Part shown: piece after piece, positions 8,137-17,160 of the stretch
Numbering within the stretch: the first letter of the stretch is position 1
Layout of the letters: the number at the start of each line of letters is the position of its first letter
Virus record (IMG/VR): IMGVR_UViG_3300049928_000004
Location: 7,045 to 71,044 of that record
DNA: 64,000 nt
Source: a virus
Lineage: Duplodnaviria > Caudoviricetes
Strand: one strand, 5' to 3'
Notes under the pieces: generated by a model
Told to the model about the DNA's origin: nothing
The model's database searches: none
Seen by the model: the letters and a program-made list of their open reading frames with translations, nothing else
Program-made: the position numbers and the translations under genes

Positions 8137-8335
8137 CGTTGGCCTTTCGCTTGCTCCACCATCCGCGAACAATGATCACGATCTGGAGGGCGGTATAGAT
8201 TGCCGCCATACCAGCCGCGATAAGTTGCACCACCTGAAGCGGTGACATCTGCGAGACGCCGACCAGGAACCATGTGCCGAGGACTTTGACAACGGCAATC
8301 GATGGGGTGTCGTGATTCACTGAGTCCTCGGTCAA
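8123..8335 (-). CDS. Putative holin/antiholin-like membrane protein
   Basis: 70 aa, hydrophobic segments, basic C-terminus, first gene of the lysis cassette. Confidence 0.55.
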   Translation of the reverse strand: MTEDSVNHDTPSIAVVKVLGTWFLVGVSQMSPLQVVQLIAAGMAAIYTALQIVIIVRGWWSKRKANDAHD

Positions 8336-10452
8336 AAGTCAAATCGGTAGTAAAGCGACTGCGGCGTCCCCGCGGCACCGGTGGCCGTTTTCTTGAGCGC
8401 CACAGTAATCAGTGGGCTGGCGATCGCGGAGGGTGTAGCGCGCTCACCCGTGACGGTCTCTTGGAAGAAGATCCCTCGGGGGGGAAAGCCGACAAAATCA
8501 TTGGTGTAGTTGATCGTTCCGCCATCAGCGAATGACCCCGACGTGAATCCCACCGTCGAAGCCAATCCGATCATGCGAGTAATCGTCGCACCAGCGTTGC
8601 GCACGTTGGCGAACGCCATTCCCTTGCATGTCTGGTTGAAGAGTGCGAAATCGCTGATCGTCGTACCCGCCGCCAAGTACACGGCATAGTCCATGAGCGG
8701 AGTAGCCCGCTCGTCAAGGAATTCGTTCGGGCCCAGCGTCCAGGTCTTAATCGTGCCGCCACCGGCGAGATTGATGCCCTTCGGCTGGTTGCCGGCCAGG
8801 TCAGGTGTGCACTCGCGGAACTTGTTGCGCGACGTCGTCAGCGAGTTGAGATTGCTGCCTGCATTGGTGAGCAGATCGATGCCATAGCAGACTCCCGCGC
8901 CCTCGTTGTCGGTGATCGAGATGCCGACACAGTCCTCGCCAGACTGGGGGCTCATATCCCACTTGACGAACGACGTTGTCAGCGTGGTAGACGTGGACGC
9001 ATGTTGGTTTCCGAAAATCTTGACATTCTTGACTCCACCCTGTGGCGTACTGATCATGCCCTGATAGGCAACATGGGCCTTGTACGCGGGCGGATTAGCA
9101 TGCTGGTAATCGTCCAGGGTGAAAGAGTTGTCCGGGCCGATCATGACGCCGTCCAGGCCGGCGTAGGCCACCGCGCCCACCTCGCGCCAAATCAGAATGT
9201 TGTAGTCCGTGCCCTGCCACCTGCAATTCGTGACTCGCACGCCAGACGTCACCGCCGTGAAGTTCGGGGCAATGTAAAGGCAGTTCGAGTAGCTGTTCGG
9301 CGAGTTGCTGCAGTGGGTGACGACTTGGTTCGACCCATGTACCTCGATACAGGTCTTCGGGCCGGTCAAGCCGGTCGTCCAAGGCGGCGCAGGGTTCGTG
9401 AACAGGATGCCATCGAACACGCAGTCCGTGCCCCAACTGTAAAATGACGAGTGATCGTGTGTGTCCAGACCGCTGTTGTTGACGCGTCCGCCCGTCACCC
9501 ACATTCCGGATGGGAGTGCCGCGGCGTGGTTGTTTGCGACGAACGACTGGGTGACGTAGCACTGGCCTGCGCAGTTCTGGAACGTGCAGTTCGTGAACCT
9601 GAGGTTGCTGATGCCGCCTGTGTCACCGTTGCCGACGACTGCGAAGTGGTTGAACGAGTTGTACGTCACCGGCCGTGCTGGGCTCATCTTGTTGTTCGCG
9701 CCGTTCTGGTCGAATGTGACCGTGTCGAACGTCACGCCACTGACGGGTGACCCGGTCGTGGCGAAGGTCGCGAACTCCTTCGGGCTTGCGTCGGTCGAGT
9801 AGTTGTCCGCGATGCGGAACACCGAACTCGGATTGCCGACGAACTTCAACCCGGAGCGTGGCACCAGCGCTGTGTTGAACGTGGCCGCGCCGATGCTGGA
9901 CGTACCAGGCAGAACGCTGTACGTGCCAGCGGGCATATAGATGCTAATGCCGCGTGGCGAGCACCAGTCGATCGCAGCCTGCAGCGCCGCAGTGACGTCG
10001 ACCAGGTGCGTTCCGGCTCGCACATCAGCGATCTGCGTCGGGCTCATGAAGTCGAACGCGGACTTGGTGTCGAGCAGCCGGTCCAGCAGCGTACGGTAGA
10101 CACCACCCGTCGCATCGGTGATCGTTCCGACTTGCGCTGAACCAGAACTCGTCTGCAAGAGCGCCGCGAACGCGGCAACCGCGTCATACCATTTCAGCCC
10201 TAATGGCTGGGTATGGTCCGCTACAAGTTGCGTTCCGTCCGCCCCCACCGGAAGGCGCTGATCGGAACCACCGCCATGCGCAATCAGGTCGCCAGTCGCT
10301 GATGTCGGCGACTCGAATCCAAGCGCGGCAATGGCCGCAGCCGTCATCTTGACGTTGAGTCCGCCCTGAATGCCTCGGATCAACTCCGCACCCGTCAAGG
10401 GGGCAGCGGGATTCTCTCCGGTGGTCGTTGTATTGCCGAGAATGGGTGGCAT
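8332..10452 (-). CDS. Tail spike/receptor-binding protein, pectin-lyase-like beta-helix
   Basis: DVTAALQAAID...IYMPAGTY motif, then Asn/Gly/Val-rich beta-helix repeats; end of the tail module. Confidence 0.8.
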   Translation of the reverse strand: MPPILGNTTTTGENPAAPLTGAELIRGIQGGLNVKMTAAAIAALGFESPTSATGDLIAHGGGSDQRLPVGADGTQLVADHTQPLGLKWYDAVAAFAALLQTSSGSAQVGTITDATGGVYRTLLDRLLDTKSAFDFMSPTQIADVRAGTHLVDVTAALQAAIDWCSPRGISIYMPAGTYSVLPGTSSIGAATFNTALVPRSGLKFVGNPSSVFRIADNYSTDASPKEFATFATTGSPVSGVTFDTVTFDQNGANNKMSPARPVTYNSFNHFAVVGNGDTGGISNLRFTNCTFQNCAGQCYVTQSFVANNHAAALPSGMWVTGGRVNNSGLDTHDHSSFYSWGTDCVFDGILFTNPAPPWTTGLTGPKTCIEVHGSNQVVTHCSNSPNSYSNCLYIAPNFTAVTSGVRVTNCRWQGTDYNILIWREVGAVAYAGLDGVMIGPDNSFTLDDYQHANPPAYKAHVAYQGMISTPQGGVKNVKIFGNQHASTSTTLTTSFVKWDMSPQSGEDCVGISITDNEGAGVCYGIDLLTNAGSNLNSLTTSRNKFRECTPDLAGNQPKGINLAGGGTIKTWTLGPNEFLDERATPLMDYAVYLAAGTTISDFALFNQTCKGMAFANVRNAGATITRMIGLASTVGFTSGSFADGGTINYTNDFVGFPPRGIFFQETVTGERATPSAIASPLITVALKKTATGAAGTPQSLYYRFDF

Positions 10453-10455
10453 GGA

Positions 10456-10767
10456 TCAGTTCCGGAGTTCGATGGAGCCGTCTTCGCGAAGCTCAAACGA
10501 GCCGTCCTCGCGAAGCTCGAAGGTAGGCTTTAGGATTTCGATAATGGCCATGAGCAACTGGCCAGTATTCGTTGGGTCGAAGACCAGACCCGCCGCAGCG
10601 ATGACCGTGCGAATTTCTTGATATGCGCCAAGGAACCACGGACCACCGATGTGAGTCGGATGCGTATTCGTGGAAAGGTCGCCTGACTGCGGATAGCCAA
10701 CTGAGAACGCGCTCGGCGCCTCCCATGGCGCGGGGCCGGCGTCGCTTTTCCAGAGAAGATCGGCCAT
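10456..10767 (-). CDS. Tail-fibre anchor-like small protein (paralog 3)
   Basis: EIRTVIAAAGL..DPTNTGQL motif; C-terminal FELREDGS tandem repeat. Confidence 0.65.
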   Translation of the reverse strand: MADLLWKSDAGPAPWEAPSAFSVGYPQSGDLSTNTHPTHIGGPWFLGAYQEIRTVIAAAGLVFDPTNTGQLLMAIIEILKPTFELREDGSFELREDGSIELRN

Positions 10768-10770
10768 GAG

Positions 10771-11019
10771 TTACGGCCCTCCGGCGGCGAGGATCTCGAC
10801 GGCCTGCGCGAACTGGTGCAGGTTCAGCGGGTCCGGCGTTAGTCCAGCCGCCACGATCACTGTTCGGATGGACTCGGTGATGTAGAAGTAGAAGTACGGT
10901 CCGGGCGTAGTCGGGTCGAAGCCCGCCCAGGAAACGGCGCTTTGCGGAAACCCTGCAGAGCCCGGAAATGGCACCGGCGTCGGCGTCGTGCTGACGTCGC
11001 TTTGGTAGACGCGGTCCAT
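10771..11019 (-). CDS. Tail-fibre anchor-like small protein (paralog 2)
   Basis: TTPGPY...ESIRTVIVAAGLTPDP.N..QF motif. Confidence 0.65.
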   Translation of the reverse strand: MDRVYQSDVSTTPTPVPFPGSAGFPQSAVSWAGFDPTTPGPYFYFYITESIRTVIVAAGLTPDPLNLHQFAQAVEILAAGGP

Positions 11020-11022
11020 GGC

Positions 11023-11274
11023 CTACAGCGACCCGAGGCGAATGCCGATGTTGCGGATGGCTTGGTACAACTGGCTGTTGTCGCGCGGGTCGGGCGTCAG
11101 TCCACCGTCGATGATGACGTTGCGGATCTCTTCGCCGACCATGTAGAACCAATGCGGCCCCGGCGTCGTCCCCTTCAGGGTCGGCGTCGAAGCGCGCGGG
11201 TAGCCGGCGACGGACGTGGCGGGATACGGGGGCGGCGTGCCGGCCGCTCCCGATTGGTAGGCGCGCGGCTCCAT
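11023..11274 (-). CDS. Tail-fibre anchor-like small protein (paralog 1)
   Basis: TTPGPHWF...EEIRNVIIDGGLTPDP.D.SQL motif. Confidence 0.65.
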   Translation of the reverse strand: MEPRAYQSGAAGTPPPYPATSVAGYPRASTPTLKGTTPGPHWFYMVGEEIRNVIIDGGLTPDPRDNSQLYQAIRNIGIRLGSL

Positions 11275-11275
11275 G

Positions 11276-12085
11276 TCAGACCCAGCGGCCTTCGACCTTG
11301 AGCTTGACGGTGATGTTGCGCGCGCCGCCGCCGTTCTGGCCCAGGATCACGTTGCAGCTCGAGAGCCCGTACGACTGGATGCCGCCGATGATCTGGTTGC
11401 TGGCCGACCCGGCGGTGAGCGTCGCATCGATCACGGAGATCGTGGGCGCGAACACGACTCCGGGTGATCCCGGGAACGGCGTCGGATAGGTGATCGTGCT
11501 GATCTGGTCGGAGACTGAGGAGAGAGGCGTCTCGCACCATTGCAGCATCAGACCACCCGGGAACTTCTGATACCCGTTCGTGGCGAGACTGTGGTTTCCG
11601 CCGGTGAACTCCGCCTCGAGCGTGAACGTCGGCGCGCCAGTGATCTGGCCCCACGGGTAGGTTCCGGGCTGCAGCACCGCCCAGCCCGTGGCCGGCGCCG
11701 TCAGCGTGCCGGTGTCAGGGTTGACGACGTTGTTCTCGGCGGTAGAGATCCAGAAGGCACTGAACGACGCGGCCTTGAGGATGGCGCCGAGTGGGTAGCC
11801 GCCGATCGCCGCCTGGAACGCCGCATCACGCTTGAAAACGCCGCCGGCCTGGATCCAGCGCAGGCAGGCCGTCGTCTGGTTCATCAGCCCGTTGAAGTAC
11901 TCGCCCAGCGGTGCGATGCCGCCGACGGACGGGTCTTGGAATGTTTCCGGGGGCGAGCCGACGTCGAGCCCGAACGAGCCGGGGATTGCGCTGTTGTAGG
12001 TTTGCGGCACAGCCTGGATGTAGGCCGGCAGCGCGCTGCTCGCGAACGCGATCGGGAACTTCGTCGGGACTTCGGAGCTTTGCAT
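11276..12085 (-). CDS. Tail fibre/baseplate-attached protein with gp53-like C-terminal domain
   Basis: GGYPLGAIL motif; C-terminal NGYQKFPGGLMLQW. Confidence 0.7.
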   Translation of the reverse strand: MQSSEVPTKFPIAFASSALPAYIQAVPQTYNSAIPGSFGLDVGSPPETFQDPSVGGIAPLGEYFNGLMNQTTACLRWIQAGGVFKRDAAFQAAIGGYPLGAILKAASFSAFWISTAENNVVNPDTGTLTAPATGWAVLQPGTYPWGQITGAPTFTLEAEFTGGNHSLATNGYQKFPGGLMLQWCETPLSSVSDQISTITYPTPFPGSPGVVFAPTISVIDATLTAGSASNQIIGGIQSYGLSSCNVILGQNGGGARNITVKLKVEGRWV

Positions 12086-12097
12086 GGGGACTCTTGA

Positions 12098-12754
12098 TCA
12101 GGGGGTGACGATGGACATCAGCACGCCAGACGGGCTCGCGAAGGCGCCCGACTGCTGCAAGATGGCGAGGTCGAGGGCGGTCGGGTGGAAGTCGAAAACG
12201 TAGGCCGCGGTCATGTTCCCGAGGTCTGAAACGTGGACGTTTCCCTGGCCAGCGAACATCTGCATCAGTCCCGCGTTCATGCTCGGAATCGAACGGTCGG
12301 AGATGTTGGAGAAGGCCTTGACGAGGATCAGTCGACGGTAGTCGTCGTCCTGCAGCGTGTAGTTCGGGGTCAGTCGGTTGAGAGTGTTCCACGGCGCTTG
12401 GCGCCAGCCGTAGAACTTCGCCGGCCCGGGTTCACCCCAGCCGAGCAACTTTCCGGAGGCGCCACCCGGCACATAGAGCGTGCGGCGCACGTTGACGATG
12501 CGACCCCACACATCCAGTCCGTATCCCGTCGCGGTGTCGACGCTGAGAATCGAGTTCAGGAAGATGTCGCTCAGGCCATCGGCATTGATCGCATCGGAGA
12601 ACGACTCGATCAGCGCCAGGATGCGTGGGCTGTTCGCGTACTGGCTCAGGATCGTCTGCGGCCAGACTGGAGCGACGCGCGGATAGATCTCCGCGTCGAC
12701 GGGCATCTCGACCGTCGAGTCAACGGTCGCGTCGAGGAATCCTGGAGCGGTCAT
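12098..12754 (-). CDS. Baseplate wedge protein (DUF2612)
   Basis: SQYANSP, TATGYGLDVWGRIV and DDDYRRLI motifs. Confidence 0.85.
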   Translation of the reverse strand: MTAPGFLDATVDSTVEMPVDAEIYPRVAPVWPQTILSQYANSPRILALIESFSDAINADGLSDIFLNSILSVDTATGYGLDVWGRIVNVRRTLYVPGGASGKLLGWGEPGPAKFYGWRQAPWNTLNRLTPNYTLQDDDYRRLILVKAFSNISDRSIPSMNAGLMQMFAGQGNVHVSDLGNMTAAYVFDFHPTALDLAILQQSGAFASPSGVLMSIVTP

Positions 12755-12758
12755 GGCG

Positions 12759-14168
12759 TCAGGCGAACGTGACCGTGATGTCGCTCAGCGCGAGCGTCGG
12801 AACCTGGTCCATGCGCATCAGGACTGAGTTCTGATTAGCCGCGTCGATGCCGAGCAGGATCGAGTAGATCTGCGCCCACGGGCCCAGTGCGGCGATGCCG
12901 GAGTAGAACCGGCTCGCGAAGATCGGGCTGGCAATGCGCGCCCGCAGGCCGCCGTCGGTGCCGTTGAAGGCCGCGACTATCGCGCCCTTGATCTGCGGAA
13001 TCGCGGTCGACGGGACGCTGCCGTTGTTCTGCATCGCGACGGCGAACTTGACTGGTGTCGCGGTTGGGATCTCATAGGTCACAGTGTACGAGGGGAAGCC
13101 AGCCGTGTAGGCCGGGTTCGTGTCCTGCACGGTGACGCTCGTGTTGCCGTTGTAGTTGCAGCCCGGATTCTTCTTGCGCAGGATCGCGGCGCCGACGTCA
13201 GCCGACGCGCCGCCATAGGCCGCCACGTAGATCGAGTTCTGCGCCAGGCGCACGCCGCCGATGGCCGAAGTCATGGACTCCGAGCTCACCGTCTGCGAGA
13301 TGTTCAGGTTGTAGGTGCCCGCCCCGCCTGTGCCGCTCAGGCGCTCGGTGATCAGGGTTCCACTCACAATGCCGGCGCCGATGAGCATTTGACCGGCGTC
13401 AACGGATCCGAAGACCGTTCCCGTGACGGTCAGGGTCGTGCCGGAGATCGAGGCGGTGAACGCCGCGCCACTCAGGGAGCCGAGTGGGTTCTCGAGCGCG
13501 TAGCCGTCGAGGACGCCAGGAACCGCCAGCACCGCGGCCAGCACCGCGCCGGTCTGGCCGGTGGCGTTGAGGGCGACCGACTGCTGCCGGCGGTGTTCGA
13601 ACTCGGCGGTCGATTCGGCGTTGTTGCCGACCACGCCGTCCGTCGGGTTGGTGATCGCGTCCCAGCCCGGAACAGCGCGGTAGATCGTGTGCAGGCTGCC
13701 GGCGAGGCAGATCGTCGGGCCTGGCACCGAGCACGCGAAGGTGAGCGCCACCGTGCCGCCGACGATCGTGCCGGACTCGGTGGTGAGGTAGATGTTTCCG
13801 GCCGCATCCGATGCCTGCGCGTTGACCGGGATGAACGTGCCGTCCAGGCCGGTGCAGTTGGCAGTGACGACCGTCGAGGCCGCGGGGATCCGCGTCAGGA
13901 AGTAGATGCGCGCCACGGCGTCCTGGAACCGCCCCGAGTTCAGCGCCGGGTCGAAGCCGTTCGCGATCTCGAGAAATGCGTCATTGCTGGCGCCGATGAT
14001 GGCTGTGTCGGACGTGGCGATCTGGCCCTGGGGTGTCACCAGCGACGGATTCAGGTCGCCCCCGAAGGCTGCCTGCAGGTCAGCCAGTCGGCCGGCCAGG
14101 ATCGCGGACTCGGCCGGGGTCACGATGCCGTTCGGGCCGATCGTGATGGATGGGACGTTGGTCGTCAT
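12759..14168 (-). CDS. Baseplate J-like protein
   Basis: TPQGQ, RFQDAVARIYFLTR and EFEHRRQQSVA motifs; position. Confidence 0.85.
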   Translation of the reverse strand: MTTNVPSITIGPNGIVTPAESAILAGRLADLQAAFGGDLNPSLVTPQGQIATSDTAIIGASNDAFLEIANGFDPALNSGRFQDAVARIYFLTRIPAASTVVTANCTGLDGTFIPVNAQASDAAGNIYLTTESGTIVGGTVALTFACSVPGPTICLAGSLHTIYRAVPGWDAITNPTDGVVGNNAESTAEFEHRRQQSVALNATGQTGAVLAAVLAVPGVLDGYALENPLGSLSGAAFTASISGTTLTVTGTVFGSVDAGQMLIGAGIVSGTLITERLSGTGGAGTYNLNISQTVSSESMTSAIGGVRLAQNSIYVAAYGGASADVGAAILRKKNPGCNYNGNTSVTVQDTNPAYTAGFPSYTVTYEIPTATPVKFAVAMQNNGSVPSTAIPQIKGAIVAAFNGTDGGLRARIASPIFASRFYSGIAALGPWAQIYSILLGIDAANQNSVLMRMDQVPTLALSDITVTFA

Positions 14169-14183
14169 GGCGGCCCTGGAATG

Positions 14184-14209
14184 CAAAAGGCCACCCGAAG
14201 GTGGCCTCT
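14184..14209. terminator. Hairpin terminator-like element
   Basis: AAAAGGCCACCCGAAGGTGGCCT. Confidence 0.5.
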
Positions 14210-14229
14210 ATGCTGGCGGATGGGGAGGA

Positions 14230-14583
14230 CTAGAAACTCGCGGCGGTGACGATGCCGCTGTTGTCCGTGGTCTGGATCTGGCCGCCGAGACGGCGGTTGC
14301 TCGAGGACGTCAAGTAGGCCTTGGCCGAGACAACGCCTGGAACCTTCAGCGCCGCGGCGACGAGTTGCGCCTTCGTGTATTCGATCGGCGTGGACTTGCC
14401 GAGGATCTGCGACAGATAGGGGATGCCCTTGGATGTGTCGTACCAGACTTCTCCGGCGAACGTCCGGCACTCCGACGCGCAGTCTTGCGCGAGGGCGTAG
14501 GGTGCGGTCGCGATGGCGATGTTCCCGTCACCATCCACCTGAAGATCCCACTGGGCGCGGTCAAGGTACAGAGTCGAGGCCAT
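14230..14583 (-). CDS. Baseplate wedge initiator (gp25/W-like)
   Basis: WDL..D..GNIA, GEVWYDTSKGIPY; position. Confidence 0.7.
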   Translation of the reverse strand: MASTLYLDRAQWDLQVDGDGNIAIATAPYALAQDCASECRTFAGEVWYDTSKGIPYLSQILGKSTPIEYTKAQLVAAALKVPGVVSAKAYLTSSSNRRLGGQIQTTDNSGIVTAASF

Positions 14584-15329
14584 CAGATCACCGTTCCCGT
14601 GTGGCCCGACGCAGTCATCGTGCCGTGGTCATGTTCGTGGTTCGGGCCGAGGTTCTTGGTCGCAACCGTCAGCGTCGTGGCGACGGTTACGATCGGTGCA
14701 TCGACTTCGGCCGCGGTCACGGTGCCGGCGGCGCTGATGTCGCCCGATGCCGTGACGGTCGGCGTGTTTAGCGTGATGCCACTGGACGCGTTCATCGTGA
14801 TCGTCGGAGCCGTTGCCGTGATCGTGGGCGCCGTCATGGTGATCGCCGTCGGCGAGTGCAACGTGATGCCGGCGGCCGAGAACTGAACGTACTGCGTCGG
14901 CACCCCGTTGAGGAACCCACCGAAATACAGCCCGTCGGCCATGTCGAAGCGCCTCGCGCTGCCGGGGTTCGAGGGCGCCTTGTTCGCGGTCGCGCTCGAG
15001 ATGTCGCGGTCAGCGAAGACGGCAACCCCGATGTCGCCGACCTGAGGATCCATGATGATGGCGTTCGCGCCACCCTGGATCCGTTGGTACGGGCACTTGT
15101 AAACCGTCCCGTGCGGCACCGCGGTTCCGATGCCATCCACTAGGTTGACCATCGGCTGGATGTCGACGAATCCCACCGGCGAGACGCCGCCGCTGTTGGT
15201 CACGCTCATGACCTTCACAAGCGTTGCCGTCGCCATGCCGTTCATCATCGCCTGGACGATGAACGAGATCGCGTTGAATTCAGACGATGCGGAGCCAGGC
15301 CGCTGGAACCCGTTGTAGCCGTCAGCCAT
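14583..15329 (-). CDS. Baseplate spike (Gp138 family)
   Basis: PQVGDIGVAVFADRDIS, RRFDMADG; His-containing C-terminal tip. Confidence 0.8.
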   Translation of the reverse strand: MADGYNGFQRPGSASSEFNAISFIVQAMMNGMATATLVKVMSVTNSGGVSPVGFVDIQPMVNLVDGIGTAVPHGTVYKCPYQRIQGGANAIIMDPQVGDIGVAVFADRDISSATANKAPSNPGSARRFDMADGLYFGGFLNGVPTQYVQFSAAGITLHSPTAITMTAPTITATAPTITMNASSGITLNTPTVTASGDISAAGTVTAAEVDAPIVTVATTLTVATKNLGPNHEHDHGTMTASGHTGTVI

Positions 15330-16194
15330 TGAGTAGACTCGATCCGCTGAAGCGCGTGAACCACTGGCCGCCCGGGTCCTCGCTGTCCAGTTGGTGCTGG
15401 AGGTTGAAGATCTGCCAAGTTCCGTTGGCGACCTCGAGGCCGCTCTTGACCTGCACCTTGCCGCCTGGTCGAAGCAGCGGGTTGAATAGCGTCGTCAACT
15501 CGATGCCGTAGACGCTAGTCGAGTAGTTCGGGTAGCCCACTGCGCCCGTCTCCGGGGAGACCAACGGGATCAGCGAGCCGCGCGCGCCACCGATCGGGAA
15601 GATGGCGAGCGTCTTGTCGTCGATGACGTAGTCGAAGACCGCCTTGCCAGCCTGCGCACAGCGGCGGATCTGCTCAAGCGGCGTGCCCGGGTAGTACGGC
15701 GTCGCCAGCGGCATCGAAACGCCGTTGTTCTCGAAGTCGAGGCCGGCCAGGTGCGCAAGGTTCTGCATCACGACGGCCGCGTCTGCCGTGCCTGGGTAGG
15801 AGGTCGGCGGGACGGTCTGCACTGCGGCGAAGGCGCCGGCCTGGGCGAGGATCATCAACGCCGTGTCGGGCGCCGTGTTCAGCATGATCTGGCTGATCAT
15901 GATCTGGCCCTGGAAGACGGTCGCCATCCCGCTGACGTCGTCGCCGGCGGAGACGATGACCGTGTTCTTGCGGGTCGCCATCGTCGCCTGGTTGAGCGAC
16001 GACAACTGGTTGAGCAGCGAAGGCGTGAGGCCATGCACGCGGATCTGCGCTTCTCCCATGCCGGGGCCAAACACCTTGTCGATGTGGGCTTGGACGCGCA
16101 GGCCTTCGCAGGTCACGGTGTTCGTGCCGCTCTCGCCGAAGACGCCAGTCCCCAACTGGAACTGCAACGAGATCCGGCGCTTAACGAAGCTCAC
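15322..16194 (-). CDS. Baseplate hub protein
   Basis: Size, position and LFNPLLRPGGKVQV motif. Confidence 0.7.
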   Translation of the reverse strand: MSFVKRRISLQFQLGTGVFGESGTNTVTCEGLRVQAHIDKVFGPGMGEAQIRVHGLTPSLLNQLSSLNQATMATRKNTVIVSAGDDVSGMATVFQGQIMISQIMLNTAPDTALMILAQAGAFAAVQTVPPTSYPGTADAAVVMQNLAHLAGLDFENNGVSMPLATPYYPGTPLEQIRRCAQAGKAVFDYVIDDKTLAIFPIGGARGSLIPLVSPETGAVGYPNYSTSVYGIELTTLFNPLLRPGGKVQVKSGLEVANGTWQIFNLQHQLDSEDPGGQWFTRFSGSSLLNG

Positions 16195-16490
16195 AGGTCA
16201 GCCGCCGCGGTGTAGAACAGCAGGAACCGCGAGCCCAGGCCAGGACTTGATGGGTCGCTCTCGCCCTGCGTGTCCGAGAACATCAGGTCGCCAATGAAGC
16301 CGAGGTAGGCGTCGATCACGATCCGCGTCAGGTTGCGGCAGACGACGCCACCGATGATCAGCGTGTCGTTGACGTACAGGTCGCAGTACAAGCCCGTCGT
16401 GCGGGTCTTGATGTCGATCCGGCAGGACTGGCCGCCGAGCGTGATCGTGAGCGTCTGAGCGAAGGCGTCGATGATGGGAACGATCTGCAC
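16191..16490 (-). CDS. Baseplate protein
   Basis: GTG start at 16490; Q.LTITLGGQ and FIGDLMFSDTQG motifs. Confidence 0.7.
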   Translation of the reverse strand: MQIVPIIDAFAQTLTITLGGQSCRIDIKTRTTGLYCDLYVNDTLIIGGVVCRNLTRIVIDAYLGFIGDLMFSDTQGESDPSSPGLGSRFLLFYTAAADL

Positions 16491-16491
16491 G

Positions 16492-17160
16492 TCAGCCTCC
16501 CACTGCGCTGCCGGCCGCCGCGGCCGGCGCAAGAGCCTTGCGGATCGGGGCGGACTGTGCCGGCATCGGAACGACTGGCTGCTTCGTGCCCGCATTCGTC
16601 GGGTCCGCGCCGCTCGGCGTCTTCGGGTTGGCGATGGTCGGCGTTGCCGTAGCTCCGCCTCCCGTCGTGGCCGTGAACACCGGCGCGGATGCCTGGCGAA
16701 CCTCTTCGAAGACCAACTCACCCGTCAGTAGCGTGACGCCACTGCGCGCGGAGCGCTGGAAGCTGTAGCCAGTCAGATTCGCACGGAGGTAAGACTTCTC
16801 CGGCATCACGATGTCGAAGAGGCTCAAGGACTGCTTGGCGGCCTCGAGAGCATCCAGAAATGCCGCGCGATCGCTTTCGCTGCCGCCCTTGGTCATGCCG
16901 ACGCGCGCCTCGAACGGCGCCTGAACCTTGTTGTAGGCCTGGAAGGCGCCCTCTTCCTGAGGTGCATTCGAGATCCGCGCGCTGGCCTTGTACTCAACCT
17001 TCAGGATAGAGTCGGCAGCAATGGCGATCGCACCGTTCAGGTAGATGCCCCAAGCCGGGACGCGCGACGTCGGCTGGATGGCTGGCGCGTCGGATGTCAG
17101 CAGCGGCTGCGGCGTGGGATCTGCTGGCGGATGCAGCAGCGCGGGAACGCCGGCCGGCAT
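16492..17160 (-). CDS. Tail tube initiator/Dit-like baseplate protein
   Basis: Follows the tape measure; EEGAFQAYNKV motif. Confidence 0.65.
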   Translation of the reverse strand: MPAGVPALLHPPADPTPQPLLTSDAPAIQPTSRVPAWGIYLNGAIAIAADSILKVEYKASARISNAPQEEGAFQAYNKVQAPFEARVGMTKGGSESDRAAFLDALEAAKQSLSLFDIVMPEKSYLRANLTGYSFQRSARSGVTLLTGELVFEEVRQASAPVFTATTGGGATATPTIANPKTPSGADPTNAGTKQPVVPMPAQSAPIRKALAPAAAAGSAVGG

